A stretch of 63,536 bases of DNA, filler included, from Octopus bimaculoides (taxonomy: Eukaryota): assembly GCF_001194135.2 (NCBI RefSeq). It is 5 parts of 5 records of this genome, joined end to end, with 100 filler letters (N's around TTAATTAATTAA, not from the genome) between each part and the next. Parts side by side here need not be neighbours in the genome. Positions count along the whole stretch, not along the records: positions 1 to 15,027 come from NC_068988.1; positions 15,128 to 31,975 come from NC_068987.1; 3 more parts are not named here. One strand, given 5' to 3'. Below, in pieces: positions 13,200-26,280 of this stretch (position 1 is its first letter; each line of letters starts with the position of its first letter). The translations under genes and the position numbers were made by a program. The notes under the pieces are model-generated. The model saw nothing but the letters and a program-made list of their open reading frames with translations, was not told the DNA's origin and made no database searches.

Positions 13200-13994
13200 C
13201 GGACGGATGCTAGTCGCATCGGCTCGCAAGTAAGTTGGCCTTTTATATGTCAAAAATGTTGCAGTTTTAAAATATTTTTTTGTGGAAGAGGTGTATAAGT
13301 CTATACACTTCGACCCTATTGGGTTTTTGTAATAGGAAGTGGCTCCTTCTGGAGTTTATTTCCAAAAGTTTTTGATTTTTCTCCGGCTTATTTGCCATAT
13401 TNNNNNNNNNNNNNNNNNNNNNNNNNNNNNNNNNNNNNNNNNNNNNNNNNNNNNNNNNNNNNNNNNNNNNNNNNNNNNNNNNNNNNNNNNNNNNNNNNNN
13501 NNNNNNNNNNNNNNNNNNNNNNNNNNNNNNNNNNNNNNNNNNNNNNNNNNNNNNNNNNNNNNNNNNNNNNNNNNNNNNNNNNNNNNNNNNNNNNNNNNNN
13601 NNNNNNNNNNNNNNNNNNNNNNNNNNNNNNNNNNNNNNNNNNNNNNNNNNNNNNNNNNNNNNNNNNNNNNNNNNNNNNNNNNNNNNNNNNNNNNNNNNNN
13701 NNNNNNNNNNNNNNNNNNNNNNNNNNNNNNNNNNNNNNNNNNNNNNNNNNNNNNNNNNNNNNNNNNNNNNNNNNNNNNNNNNNNNNNNNNNNNNNNNNNN
13801 NNNNNNNNNNNNNNNNNNNNNNNNNNNNNNNNNNNNNNNNNNNNNNNNNNNNNNNNNNNNNNNNNNNNNNNNNNNNNNNNNNNNNNNNNNNNNNNNNNNN
13901 NNNNNNNNNNNNNNNNNNNNNNNNNNNNNNNNNNNNNNNNNNNNNNNNNNNNNNNNNNNNNNNNNNNNNNNNNNNNNNNNNNNNNNNNNNNNNN

Positions 13995-14960
13995 ACACAA
14001 GAAGAAGGTCACCCATCTGCCACAACAACAACACCTACCAGCATCACAACCGCCAGCAACAACGCTAATACAGCAACAGTCACCTCTGCCATCAACACCA
14101 GCACCACCACCAACAACAACAATAACAAGATCAAAACAAACTTCGCCGAGGCGATAAGGGAAAAAACGACGGTAGTATCTTTTACTGCACAGCAGATAAA
14201 AGATACAAAGGCTTTACTTACGAAAGAAAATGACGAGGTACGCATCAACATACCACAAGACATTTTAGAAGACACAAACAAAAAGACAATTATTTATAAA
14301 ATTTTAAACTCCAAAACAAAAAAGAAACAGATAAAACAAGCACGGAAAAGATCGAGAAATCCTTGAGATCTGTATGGCAATATAAGGATTATGTAACTTG
14401 GTGGCATAAATTTGCCCATGTGCAAGTTATTTTTCAAAGTGAAGAGTTAGCGAAACGATTCTCAACGCTAACTCTTAAGACAGAACAGTTAACAATGATA
14501 CTGAGTTACCTTGGTCGGAGGGTAACAAGGGTTATCATAAAAAATATTCCTCNNNNNNNNNNTTCTACAGAATGGCAAATAGCCACAGGAAGTAAAAGAA
14601 AAAGATCAAAACAACTCCAAAATTAAATGCATGCAAAGCAGGGAAATATGTAACCGGTGAAAGCCCCTTGCACAAACAAACCAGCACCAACATCACAAAA
14701 ACACACACAATGCTATCAGCGATAGACACAAAAAACACAAAACTAATGGACTACATCATATCTCAAACAAACATATCTGAAGATGATTATAAGCTTAACA
14801 ATCATCCACGCACTACACCACCGAAACACATCAAAATAGTTCACGTCACACAAACGCAGCACCACACACTCAAAACCCTCTTTCCGAATGCGGTTGGGGG
14901 GTTCCAAAAATATTTATCAAAGAAACTCTTCAAAAACCTCATCCAAGAAACTTGAAAAGA
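13995..14960 (+). mobile_element. Decayed ORF1-like (RRM-like) region of a non-LTR retroelement, copy 1
   Basis: Frameshifted reading KFAHVQVIFQSEELAKRFST...LSYLGRRVTRVIIKNIP...EW aligns by eye with copy 3 (FGTVEVRFATIEEATKHAT...PSYRGRSVRIRISRVPP...EW). Confidence 0.6.
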
Positions 14961-15027
14961 AGAGGAAGCTAAAACTTTCGAAACGAGTAAGTAACCTTCT
15001 CTCTTGTCTCTTTTACTGTCGTGTATG

Positions 15028-15127
15028 NNNNNNNNNNNNNNNNNNNNNNNNNNNNNNNNNNNNNNNNNNNNTTAATTAATTAANNNNNNNNNNNNNNNNN
15101 NNNNNNNNNNNNNNNNNNNNNNNNNNN
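15028..15127. other. Artificial scaffold-joining spacer
   Basis: 44 N + TTAATTAATTAA (15072-15083) + 44 N = 100 bp; stop codons in all six frames. Confidence 0.95.
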
Positions 15128-15690
15128 ATATATATGCATGTATGCATACATATATATACACACATGCACAAGCACACAGGATGTAGACACATGTATGATT
15201 TTAGGTTTTATTTTGTATATATATATATATCTCTGTGAATGCTGCACTTGTCTTGTATGTATGTATCTAAGTGAAAGCAATTATATACATGGAGGTTGTT
15301 TATTTATTTATCATCCTCTACTCTACATTACTTTTTCTTGTACATCTTAGTGATGTTGAATTATCTTTTTTATATATTTTTTTCTTAGAATATTTCGACG
15401 CTGAAAACAATATTTTATTATTTGTTTTTTATTTCATGCTGCTACTATTACGCAGAGCATCTACCGGAGTGAAAGACAGGAGAGAATACATTGTTTTTAT
15501 AGTAACGTTTGACATGTGATCATGTTATTGTCAGTACGAATGTCAACAATAAGATTTGACGTCGAACAGAATAATTGAAACAAGTGAGGCGTTGCCTCGA
15601 AATAGGAGAGCAAATCGACTTCTATTGCGTCGAACGCACTTCTATACTTTAGTACGTTAATTAGAACCATTAGCCATGCTTTCTCTCTTC

Positions 15691-15790
15691 ATTCTTCTTC
15701 TTCATCGTCAACTTCACATCTTCTTCTTCTTCTTCTTCTTCTTCTTCTTCTTCTTCTTCTTCTTCTTCTTCTTCTTCTTCTTCCTCTTCA
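15691..15790. repeat. (TTC)n microsatellite
   Basis: Direct reading. Confidence 0.95.
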
Positions 15791-16549
15791 AATTTAGCCT
15801 CTAGGCTTTAGTGAAATTTTTATTTTGTTCTAACTATTGGAAATTTTAATGGCGTGAAAGGTCAAAAATGAAAGACAAATAGCTAAACAAATAAACTAGA
15901 AAATATCAATTCCTTTCGCCTTATTAACTTAAAAGGATATCACCAAATGAAAGGCGTATAAGATTTAGTGAGGTGGATAAATCTTTGAAAATTGCAATCG
16001 TCATTCATGCAAGAGATACGATCCTTGATGAAAACAAGTGAACTTCAAGCTTTGGTATGCCGCAAAATTAGTATTTTTCATATTATTACCACTAAAGTTT
16101 GGCGATGAAACTTCAGTTAGACTTTAACATTATCTTTTACGCCTCTGTTTCTTCTCGTTGGATTGTTGACATGTGAAGAACAATCTATGGTTTCTGTCAA
16201 TCAGCTATATTTTAATAATATTTCAGTCAGCTATTATTTTATTGACTGTTTGAAGAGAACTGTAATTTATATTTTCGGTAAAAATGTTGTGAAAATAATG
16301 CAACTCAACTCACGAAGATATACTGTACAACCTATTTATATCGGTATATACACGAGCATAAACACACAGGCACACAAACATCTAATACCAGCACCCGAAC
16401 AGGTTAGAAATACTGTTTCGTGTAACGTAACAATGTCAATAAATATAGCTGCATACAAAATATTTCCAGACACTTTCACAGAATCGTGAGTTACGCTACT
16501 AACATATTCACCTACGTACGTACATACAAACATACATACATACATATGT

Positions 16550-16745
16550 AAAATACCAATCTTGAGAAATTAGGCTTCTCAAAACCAGAAAGGAGAAAGC
16601 TAATTTGAAGACTACAGATTCAATCCATCACTGGAACTGTAAGAACCTGTAAAACTTTCCAGAAGTTTATCATTTAAATATATATGAGCATGTCTAGAAA
16701 TGCAAGTATATGAATAAGAATACATAAAATAAAACATACAACTAT
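16550..16745 (+). mobile_element. 3' end of an RLE-type (R4/NeSL-like) non-LTR retrotransposon
   Basis: NLEKLGFSKPERRKLI*RLQIQSITGTVRTCKTFQKFII* plus 3' UTR; close homologue of the copy at 41.1-41.5 kb. Confidence 0.7.
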
Positions 16746-16775
16746 TCATGTACATACATATATATATAATATATG

Positions 16776-16853
16776 CAACGGCCGGTCTGGGAATCGAACC
16801 CACGATCTCGCAAACGTGAGTGCAACACCTTGACCACTGAGGCATGCACCTTC
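16776..16853 (-). mobile_element. tRNA-like head of SINE group C
   Basis: Minus strand reads GTGAAGGTGCATGCCTCAGTGGTCAAGG...GGGTTCGATTCCCAGACCGG (A/B-box-like); homologous to 56530-56607. Confidence 0.7.
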
Positions 16854-16877
16854 ACATATATATATATACCTCATTTG

Positions 16878-16943
<66 letters not shown>

Positions 16944-17704
16944 GATATTTCTATAGAGATACATAGATAGATAGATATATCCTATGATGAGTAACTTTGA
17001 ACGGATACTTTTACGGGTATGGAAAATATCAGGAAATATGTCACATATATAATAGTTGTGATATATGTTTCTTCAATTTACTTGGTGCTGATACAAAATG
17101 ATGAAATGAATACTAATTTTCAATAGACAAAAATATTTATTACCTTAAAACAAATTAAATAAAGCCAATTTCTCATGGGTATATTTGCAATAAATATATC
17201 ATATTTTTCTAAATTTTTCAAACGTAATCGTTATCTCTACAAAGTTTCTTTAAAAACAGTATACATTTATGCAAATATAAAACACTCGACTTGAACTTTG
17301 TTTGTTAAATAGCCACGTATCTTTCTCTGGACACGCTCACTCTTCCTCTCTCAATTATTTCTTTATTATATGCATTTGGGAGTTAATTGGAGTGAAGTCC
17401 ATTCTTTTTCCGGTCCAAATACAATAAACAGTGGGGTGACAAAGAGAAAGGAAAGTGAGATTGATAAAGAAGGAAAGAAGAAATGTATTGATCACAAAAT
17501 TGAACTTAGCCTCAAGTCTTTCTAAGTAAGACTATAGAAGACTTGAAGACTAAGCTGACCTCAACTTGGTTTAGATTCAGTTCGTAGAAAGGCAGAAAGT
17601 GTATCGTTAAGGAATCTACACATTATCCAAGCTCCTTATATCTATCTTTCTTGCTATCTATCCATCTACTAACCTATGGAGATATATAAACACACAGACA
17701 CACA

Positions 17705-17749
<45 letters not shown>

Positions 17750-18397
17750 ACACACACACACACACACAGACACATACANNNNNNNNNNNNNNNNNNNNNN
17801 NNNNNNNNNNNNNNNNNNNNNNNNNNNNNNNNNNNNNNNNNNNNNNNNNNNNNNNNNNNNNNNNNNNNNNNNNNNNNNNNNNNNNNNNNNNNNNNNNNNN
17901 NNNNNNNNNNNNNTTCCTTGTATGTCTCCATTGTCATGTTTTTCCGAAAAATTGACACACTATAAATCCTAAATTTTATTTTAGAATTTATGGGAGAAAC
18001 TGTCTTTGAAGACTCATATTGCTGTTGAATTCTTGAGATGAGGAGTAAATAGACAGTCAGCAACTGATGAAGGGTCATTTCTCCGTATTTACTTGTCCTG
18101 TTCTCCATTTTTTTTCTCGTTGTCTACGTATGAAACTCGTTTGTTTACGTATTTCATGTTGATTGAACCGTTGGTGACGTCCATATATGTACGCATATAT
18201 GCATGTTTATATATACATATGAAGTATGTATACTCAATATGAAATAGTGCACATTTAAACACATGGGAAAACTACCTTCAACAAGCAGTTTTTAGAAGTG
18301 GTCAAAACGACCAAAACCACATTTTAGAGCAATCTTCAAAAGGAATGAAAAATAAAAACTTTTTACCTTGTTATTTTATTCCGGTCAGACCTACACA

Positions 18398-18428
<31 letters not shown>

Positions 18429-18529
18429 GCACACACACACATATATATATATGTGTATATATATATATACATAGACACATACATATATATGTGTATGTAT
18501 ACATTCATATACATATACACTCTTTTGTT

Positions 18530-19510
18530 TAGAAAACGAGGATGGCACCAAAGTGAGAGCAAAGAATTGAATCTTCTGTTGCGAGCATGGACGACTGCTA
18601 GCGGCGATCCTCCAAACATCATTACTGCTGCACTGAAGAAAAATGGCTTCTGTAGAACCATTGAGCAGATAGAGCGGAAGGAAAATTAATCCATCCGATC
18701 CTATGCTCTTATTAGGCCACACATTGACACTCTTGATGTCATCATGGAAAACTACTGTAGCAAGTCTGATAAGGATAGGGAAAACGAAGCAAAAACCAGA
18801 AGGCTCTTTGATCCAGTGGTCCCTCAAAAGAATGGATCCCTCACCCATGTGAAGAATCAGGTTGATAAGGATAGGGAAGCTGATGAAGCAGCAATGGTCC
18901 TACAGTGGTCCTACAAAGGAAAGGAGTCTCACTCCGTTGGACAACCAGAGGAATGCAAGTGTTACCACCAAAAAAGGAAGGAGAGAACACGAGCCCAAAC
19001 ATAAAGAAGGAAGTGGAGAAAAAATAAAAGGAAAAGCTGAAGTAACTAAACCCCAAACCACCAAACAAAAAACAGAACACTCAAATATGGAGGCTCCAAC
19101 GGAATCCGAAACTCCAGAGGAGACAATAAACTTGGAATGACGTCAAATACATGGAAATTTTACTTGCAAGGCAAATTTTACCACGGGGAAGACGGTACAA
19201 ACTGCCGGTTCGTTCACCTGAGGCTCCGCAAAAACTACAGGGGCCTTAAGGTGAAATACTTTCATGAGAAAAGCATCAATCGTCTCCCCCACCCCAAAAA
19301 AAAAACAAATGCAGTGCGCTCTTCAGATGTTATGCGCAAGGCAGCAGCTGATCAAGAGTCTTTTTTGTGCATGCCGCAAAAGTTTGTGTAGCAGCTGATC
19401 TGGCTACATCAAGCGCAAACAAGGAACCTTGCCCACTACTGCGCAAGACCACCACAATCATCAGACACAGGATGGTCACACCTAACCTCTTTTGAGAGTC
19501 AGGCTTGATT
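18530..19510 (+). mobile_element. Highly decayed ORF1-like region, copy 2
   Basis: GC-richer block. GTKVRAKN...GRLLAAIL and TLDVIMEN echo RVTRVIIKN...EW and TLNVVVEG of copies 1 and 3; K/E-rich tail as in copy 3. Confidence 0.45.
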
Positions 19511-21606
19511 TGCAAGGAGCTTGGCGGTTATTTCTGTTAGATCGACCGACCTCATTGAAGTTTAATGATTGCTTCCAAATATTATTGTATTTATATGGTA
19601 CTGAATGATATAAAGGCAAGATGTCAGTTAATTAGACACCAAGCGATGACAGAGAAAGCAGTGATATCTACGACTATAGAATATTGTTTTCAAGTCATCA
19701 TCGTTATTCGAATTTCCTTTATTACATCAATAATTATTGATTGTGTGCAGAATCAAATACATATACTCATATATCTAACCACATAAATTATATATTTTCT
19801 CCATACATAATTGCATGCATGTCACACATACATACACATTCATACATACATACATACATACATGCATACATACATACATACACACACACATACATACATA
19901 CATACATACATGTATGTATGTATTTATATGTATGTACTTATATAATCTAATTACGTAATGTATTTCATGTCTTTGTGTAAATGTGCAAGTGTGCATGATT
20001 ATGGAGACTTGTTATCTGTAAAGTCTTCGAAGCTCTTCTGTATCAAAATTTCTCAAAATAATCTAAATGCAAGAAATTTTTCACCTAATTGACATTGTTA
20101 GCAGACTTTTGTCCATATTAAATGTATTTCAAACCACATTAATTTATTTTCGTGAATCTTTAAAAAATTGTACACATCTTGAAGAACTAAAGCGTTAAAT
20201 AATAATTTATTATTTAGGATCAAAACTTACATTTGATGGACCCATGAAGATGGTTCTACACATATGTAAGAGCTACTTAGTAACGGATATATTAGATAAT
20301 ATTGTCGTTCAACATTATTCAGTTTTAATCGGGTAATACTCGCGAAAAAAACCCAGCAGAATTTATTTAATGAACTAAACTTCTATGAGTTATCTTAATA
20401 TAAATTTGAGTGATATTTCTCTGTCCGTTATGTTTATATCTTCGTTCACTCTTCTTAGTCCGTTTGTGCAAGGACAACGAAACTCAGACCAGCAACTCTC
20501 CTAATCCCAGGAAGCGTCTATTTTGGCATTTGCGACCAAATCGCAGCAATGACAATGAATTTCATACTATGAACTTCTAGGGAGTATCGTAAGGAGGTTC
20601 AAATTCTGAAGGGTCGCTTAAATGAAGCCACACTGACTTTTACTTTTACTGAATTCACCTCGCTCTTACACTTATTGATTAAAGTATGATCAGTATCAGT
20701 GTTTATCACATTTGTAGAAATAAGTTTCATTACACAAGGGTAGAGGGCCGCGAAGCGTCCTGATAGTGAGGCTGAAGGCCTCAAAGGTGCCCTCCACAGG
20801 AGCCAGCATGGGTGCCATGTGAAGGGCGGCTTCAAGGCTGGTATGCTAAATTCGATTAAATTAGCATTACCAGCTTCCTAGCAAAATGTGGCTGAGGGCT
20901 GAATCATATTTAAAGTCCATGTTCTCATTTATTACAAACTTACACACACCCAATGTTACCCAAGTTTGTGGATACCAAATATAAACTTATTGTACGAATT
21001 CGCTTTGTTTCTTATTAATTTCTTTCAAATGGATGCTGACAATCATCAATTGGTCGGAAATTTTGGATTCACAGATAAATATTTACATCGAAGTAACCCA
21101 CAAAATTACTAAATATCAATTTCACAAAAGTGTACCAAAAAACAAAAAAAAAAGAAAGCATGAAGCAAAAACAGATGTAGAATATAAAATATAATTTTAT
21201 TGATACGTTAATTGTCTTTTCAGATAATATGTTAGTCGAAGAAGCACAAGCTTCTATCACAGGTGTTTCCAATTTAAATGAAACTTCAGAATTCGTGACT
21301 TCTTCAAGACACATCCATCACATTTCATTAATGAATTTCCAGGCACTTGCCATACATTATAAAGTTACTATATTCTTATATTCATTTGATATGTTTCGTT
21401 GAAGAAGGACGCGTGCGTTTCGTTCTCCTGAATCAACCCAATAGAGATTGCACAAATCAACGATAAAACCTACTAAACTGACGAAAACATAGACCTTGTT
21501 ATACAAGAACAGTCTACTGTAATATACTATTTAAAAAAAAAATCGTAATATATTTCTCTAAAAGTTAAATATATTACATTAAAGTCAGCGACACAAGCAA
21601 GTTATC

Positions 21607-21662
21607 GTCGAAAACCCACGTGGGTTTTCGACTTGTTACTTCATAACTTGTTACTTCATAAC
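21607..21662. repeat. Perfect 26-bp palindrome followed by a 15-bp direct repeat
   Basis: GTCGAAAACCCACGTGGGTTTTCGAC (21607-21632), then CTTGTTACTTCATAA twice. Confidence 0.9.
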
Positions 21663-22659
21663 GGTCTACCGTAATATATTGACTTAAAGAAAAAGTAATA
21701 TATNNNNNNNNNNNNNNNNNNNNNNNNNNNNNNNNNNNNNNNNNNNNNNNNNNNNNNNNNNNNNNNNNNNNNNNNNNNNNNNNNNNNNNNNNNNNNNNNN
21801 NNNNNNNNNNNNNNNNNNNNNNNNNNNNNNNNNNNNNNNNNNNNNNNNNNNNNNNNNNNNNNNNNNNNNNNNNNNNNNNNNNNNNNNNNNNNNNNNNNNN
21901 NNNNATAATCTTGTTTACTTTACGAATAAGTATCCTTTTTATTTGTTTATTTTCTTTTAACTTAGGCAACATTTGAGTTACAACATAATCTTGTTTACTT
22001 TCCGAGAATTCTCACTGTAATTTTCATTTAACTTTTATTACAACAACCACTTAGCTCTGATTCTCTTTAAAAATAGAAACCTTTACGCCCCCCCCCTTCT
22101 TTTCACTATCGTTTCATTTCTTCTCTTCGCTGTATCTCTACAACTCTTTGAATTACAAATCCCATTTAGAATTACGAATTTTCATTTTTCATTTTTCATT
22201 CTCCTACACATATTCGTTACCTGCTCCCACTCTTTTTCATAAGTACCGCTTCCTCTCTCTCTCTCTCTCCCTTTATCTCTTTACACCTATCTCTCTCCCT
22301 CTCTGTCTTCCATATCTTACTCTTTTTCTCATCTCCCTCCCTCGCTTTCATATCTTCCTCTTCTTTCCATATCTCACTCCTTTTTCTCATCTCTCTCCTT
22401 CGCTTTCATATCTTCCTCTTTCCTCAGTTCTCTTCCCTTTCCGTTGCATCTCACAACGCCTTCCTCTCCTTCTGTCACTTCAACCTCTCCCTCNNNNNNN
22501 NNNNNNNNNNNNNNNNNNNNNNNNNNNNNNNNNNNNNNNNNNNNNNNNNNNNNNNNNNNNNNNNNNNNNNNNNNNNNNNNNNNNNNNNNNNNNAAAAAAA
22601 AATGTGGTAACATTTTAAAATCGAAGGTGTTTCCGTTATTCACCAGCGCTAAAACACTA

Positions 22660-25087
22660 TTAACTCTTGGTCTACCAGAGAAAATGTATTTCACTAATTA
22701 CCAACTGGGTCCAGTGGACCCAATATTTTTCTTTTAATTAAATTTTATTCAAGCTACCACTGTTTCTTAGCCGCATTATATATGCCATCGGGTGAATGAA
22801 AAATTACTGTTTCTCATGAATCGACCCCAATAATTATTCTTTGTTAAGCCATGTACTTATTCTATTGGTCTCAGCTTACATGATATATTATATATTAGAA
22901 ACTTTACAAATGTACAGAATTACAGCTCTTCATGGCATTGAATGCAGACAATGCTGGAATGTTCTTGGCAAACATGGATTTAGAATTCTTACATGTAGTA
23001 GAGGTCTCCTGTCTTTTTTTGGGGTCACACAAAGAACATCACCCTTTTTTCTTTGGCTGAGGAATCTCAAATGATGGTGAAGATCGTCTTCTTTTCTTGC
23101 TTCGTTGAGATGTGTTAGCAGAACTAGAAGATTGTTTGTCATATTCTTGTTTAGCATTAACTCCAGCAAGTTTCTTTCATAACTGAATTAGGCATTGTCT
23201 TCTTTTATCCTTGAAACTTTGCAAGTGAAACTCTATAGCAACAATGAAAGCATTCACAGCAGTTATATCAACCATGTTGTAGAGTATAACAATAGGCCAT
23301 CTTCGAGTCATTCTCTTGCAAGTGTATGTTCTTACCATCTTCTCTAGGGTGTTTACTCCTACTTTTGTTTTGTTGTAACTTGTAATAACTTCAGGTTTCT
23401 TTTCAGTACTTTTTGAATCAATTGAAGGCTGAGAGTGCATTATACTCATAAGGGTGAGTACGTAATTTATCTTAGAACAATGAAATAGGATCAGAGGATC
23501 CTTTTGAAATCCAAATATTGTGTTGTTGATTTCTCTTTCTTTTCCATTTGTAAAAGCAGTTGGAAGTTCAACTCTGTTCTTTCTAATTATTCCAACTAAA
23601 GTAGTTTTCTTGCTAAGCAGCTTTGGAGCGAATCCTAGACTTGTAAAAAAATTATCACAAGTTATATTGCAACCAGTATTTTCAACTTCTTTTACTAGGT
23701 CTTCAACAACACTTGAACCTTGATTTGTCTCTCTCTCCCTTTTACTGGGTCTTTTTCAGTGTAGATGTGCATTTTCAAGACATAAGATGTTTCACTGTCG
23801 CATATTACCCAAATTTTAATTCCGTATTTAACTGGTTTTGAAGGAATATATACTCGGAATGAGCAGCACCGTTTAAATGAAATAAATTGTTCATCAGCTA
23901 TCATGCATGAACTTGGTGCAAATCCATCTTGCAAAATCTGATTCCACATTTCAAATACTTCTCTTATGGGCTCCAATTTATCATCACTTCACTTTTTTCC
24001 TTCTTTCACTAGCATCATCAAAACGCCATACTTGTAAAATCTGTTGAAATCTTCCCCGGTTCATAATTTTGTTGACTATTGGTGTGACATTTTCATATTT
24101 AGATTTACAAACACCTATATGAATAATCAGTCCCAAAATTTCTTTAGTTCAAAGTGATCAATTTTCTATTTCTATTTGTAAGCAACCTGACCGTCAACAT
24201 TTGTCCATTTACGAATTACTTCAAGAAGATTCTGTTGCATAAACACGGTAAAGCATTTTTCAATTCTATCGCATGACCTTTTAGCAAAACAGGATGGTCC
24301 ACATTCCTGGCGCACAATATTGCACGATAAGTTTCTTACTTCTGCTTGAGTAAGAGGATCAGAATGTCAAACTTCTGATCTGTCTCTAGAAACATATTGC
24401 ACATTCATAATTGGGAGGCTTGCAGTTAATTGCTTTTGAGTATCTTCAACATCTGATGACACAGAACCTAAACTGTCCAGCACACAATCACTTTCACCAT
24501 TATCTTCTTCCCATTCTTTATTTAATTTCAATAAATTTGTCGATATTTGGATTTCAATCAAGTTTGCAAGCATAACAGAACTATATGAAACTTGATAGCA
24601 AACTAAAGGCAGATATTGCTCTCTCACATATTTATACTCTCCAGAAAGATGATGCAATATATTGTAAGAATTGCGACATCACAAAGAAATATTGCATCAC
24701 GCTACAACCTAGCAGAAGGAAGGTGATGCAATACCACACAAACTTACAGGAATATTTTCATAATTTTTCCTATTTTGTCTAAAAATTCAGCAAAAATATC
24801 TAGGAAAATAATATTTGATAATGCTTTTATTCTGTTTAGAATGACAAGAGTATTGTCTGAATTTAATTCGAGGGTCCAATACCCTTACGGTATTTAATGC
24901 ATAAAATGAAATTTTCTAGATTTTAAAAACATTCGGAAAATTTCCCATTTGGCAAATAAAAGCGAGTGAAGAAAAAATAAGAGTCACGAGAAATCAGCAG
25001 AATCAAATAATATAAACACTATGAAAAAGCAACTGAAAAAAAAAACTGAAATGGGTCCATTGGATCCGTTCGTAGTTGGAAGGTTAA
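22660..25087 (-). mobile_element. Near full-length degenerate piggyBac DNA transposon (transposase pseudogene)
   Basis: Minus-strand fragments: ADEQFISFKRCCSFRVYIPSKPVKYGIKIWVICD, ITCDNFFTSLG...TLVGIIRKNRVELP, YNKTKVGVNTLEKMVRTYTCKRMTRRWP and a C-terminal Cys-rich remnant. TTAA at 22660-22663 and 25084-25087; subterminal inverted motif TGGGTCCA(G/T)TGGA at 22706 and 25052. Confidence 0.9.
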
Positions 25088-25292
25088 TCTGTGTGTAATA
25101 TACATATATAGCTAAAAAAACAACAAAAAAACAATAAAAAAACAACACTATCAATGTGTATAGATGAAAATGTCATAAGTTCTGCACACCACAATGAATG
25201 ATTAAATTAGTGGATGGCAAAGTTTTTCACGATTATATAGACAACGAATAAAACCTCGAGGATTTCGTTTTCGTTATGAATTTTCTTCCTTA

Positions 25293-25612
25293 TATATCTC
25301 TTTTACTCTTTTACTTGTTTCAGTCATTTGACTGCGGCCATGCTGGAGCACCACCTTTAGTCGAGCAAATCGACCCCAGGACTTATTCTTTGTAAGCCTA
25401 GTACTTATTCTATCGGTCACTTTTGCCAAACCGCAAGGTGACGGGGACATAAACACACCAGAGTCGGTTGTCAAGCAATGCTATGGGGGACAAACACAGA
25501 CACACAAACACATACACACATATATATATATATATACATATACACGACGGGCTTCTTTCAGTTTCCGTCTACCAAATCCACTCACAAGGCTTTGGTCGGC
25601 CCGAGGCTATAG
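25293..25612 (-). mobile_element. SINE group B (head lost in gap)
   Basis: Matches 44554-44913 in reverse (CCAAAGCCTTGTGAGTGGATTTGGTAGACGGAAACTGAAAGAAGCCCGTCG). Confidence 0.85.
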
Positions 25613-26229
25613 NNNNNNNNNNNNNNNNNNNNNNNNNNNNNNNNNNNNNNNNNNNNNNNNNNNNNNNNNNNNNNNNNNNNNNNNNNNNNNNNNNNNNNNN
25701 NNNNNNNNNNNNNNNNNNNNNNNNNNNNNNNNNNNNNNNNNNNNNNNNNNNNNNNNNNNNNNNNNNNNNNNNNNNNNNNNNNNNNNNNNNNNNNNNNNNN
25801 NNNNNNNNNNNNNNNNNNNNNNNNNNNNNNNNNNNNNNNNNNNNNNNNNNNNNNNNNNNNNNNNNNNNNNNNNNNNNNNNNNNNNNNNTATATATGTTTG
25901 ATGGTCTTGCGATTCAGTTAGCATATCCGACTTGCTCCATCTAATAAATAAACTTGAGCATTTGTAGTCAGAACTTTTACGCTTGTAAATACAACGCATG
26001 TGTGTAATGGAGAGAGTGTGTGTGCGCGTGTATATGTATGTATGTATGTATGTATGCATGTATGTGTATATGCAAGGATGGATGAATTAATAAATAGACA
26101 TACAGAGAGAGAGTGAGACAGAGAGAGATGGACAGATAGATAGATAAATAGATAGATAGATAAATAAATAAATAAATAGATAGATAGATAGATAGATAGA
26201 TAGACAGACAGAGAGACATATAGACGGAC

Positions 26230-26280
<51 letters not shown>

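Noticed and set aside
15072-15083. TTAATTAATTAA recurring four times as a possible regulatory motif
   Set aside because: Always centred in exactly 100 bp of N; it is an assembly linker.
15580-15610. GAGGC gtt GCCTC GAAA hairpin as a hammerhead remnant
   Set aside because: No CUGANGA core, stem III or stem I; insufficient evidence.
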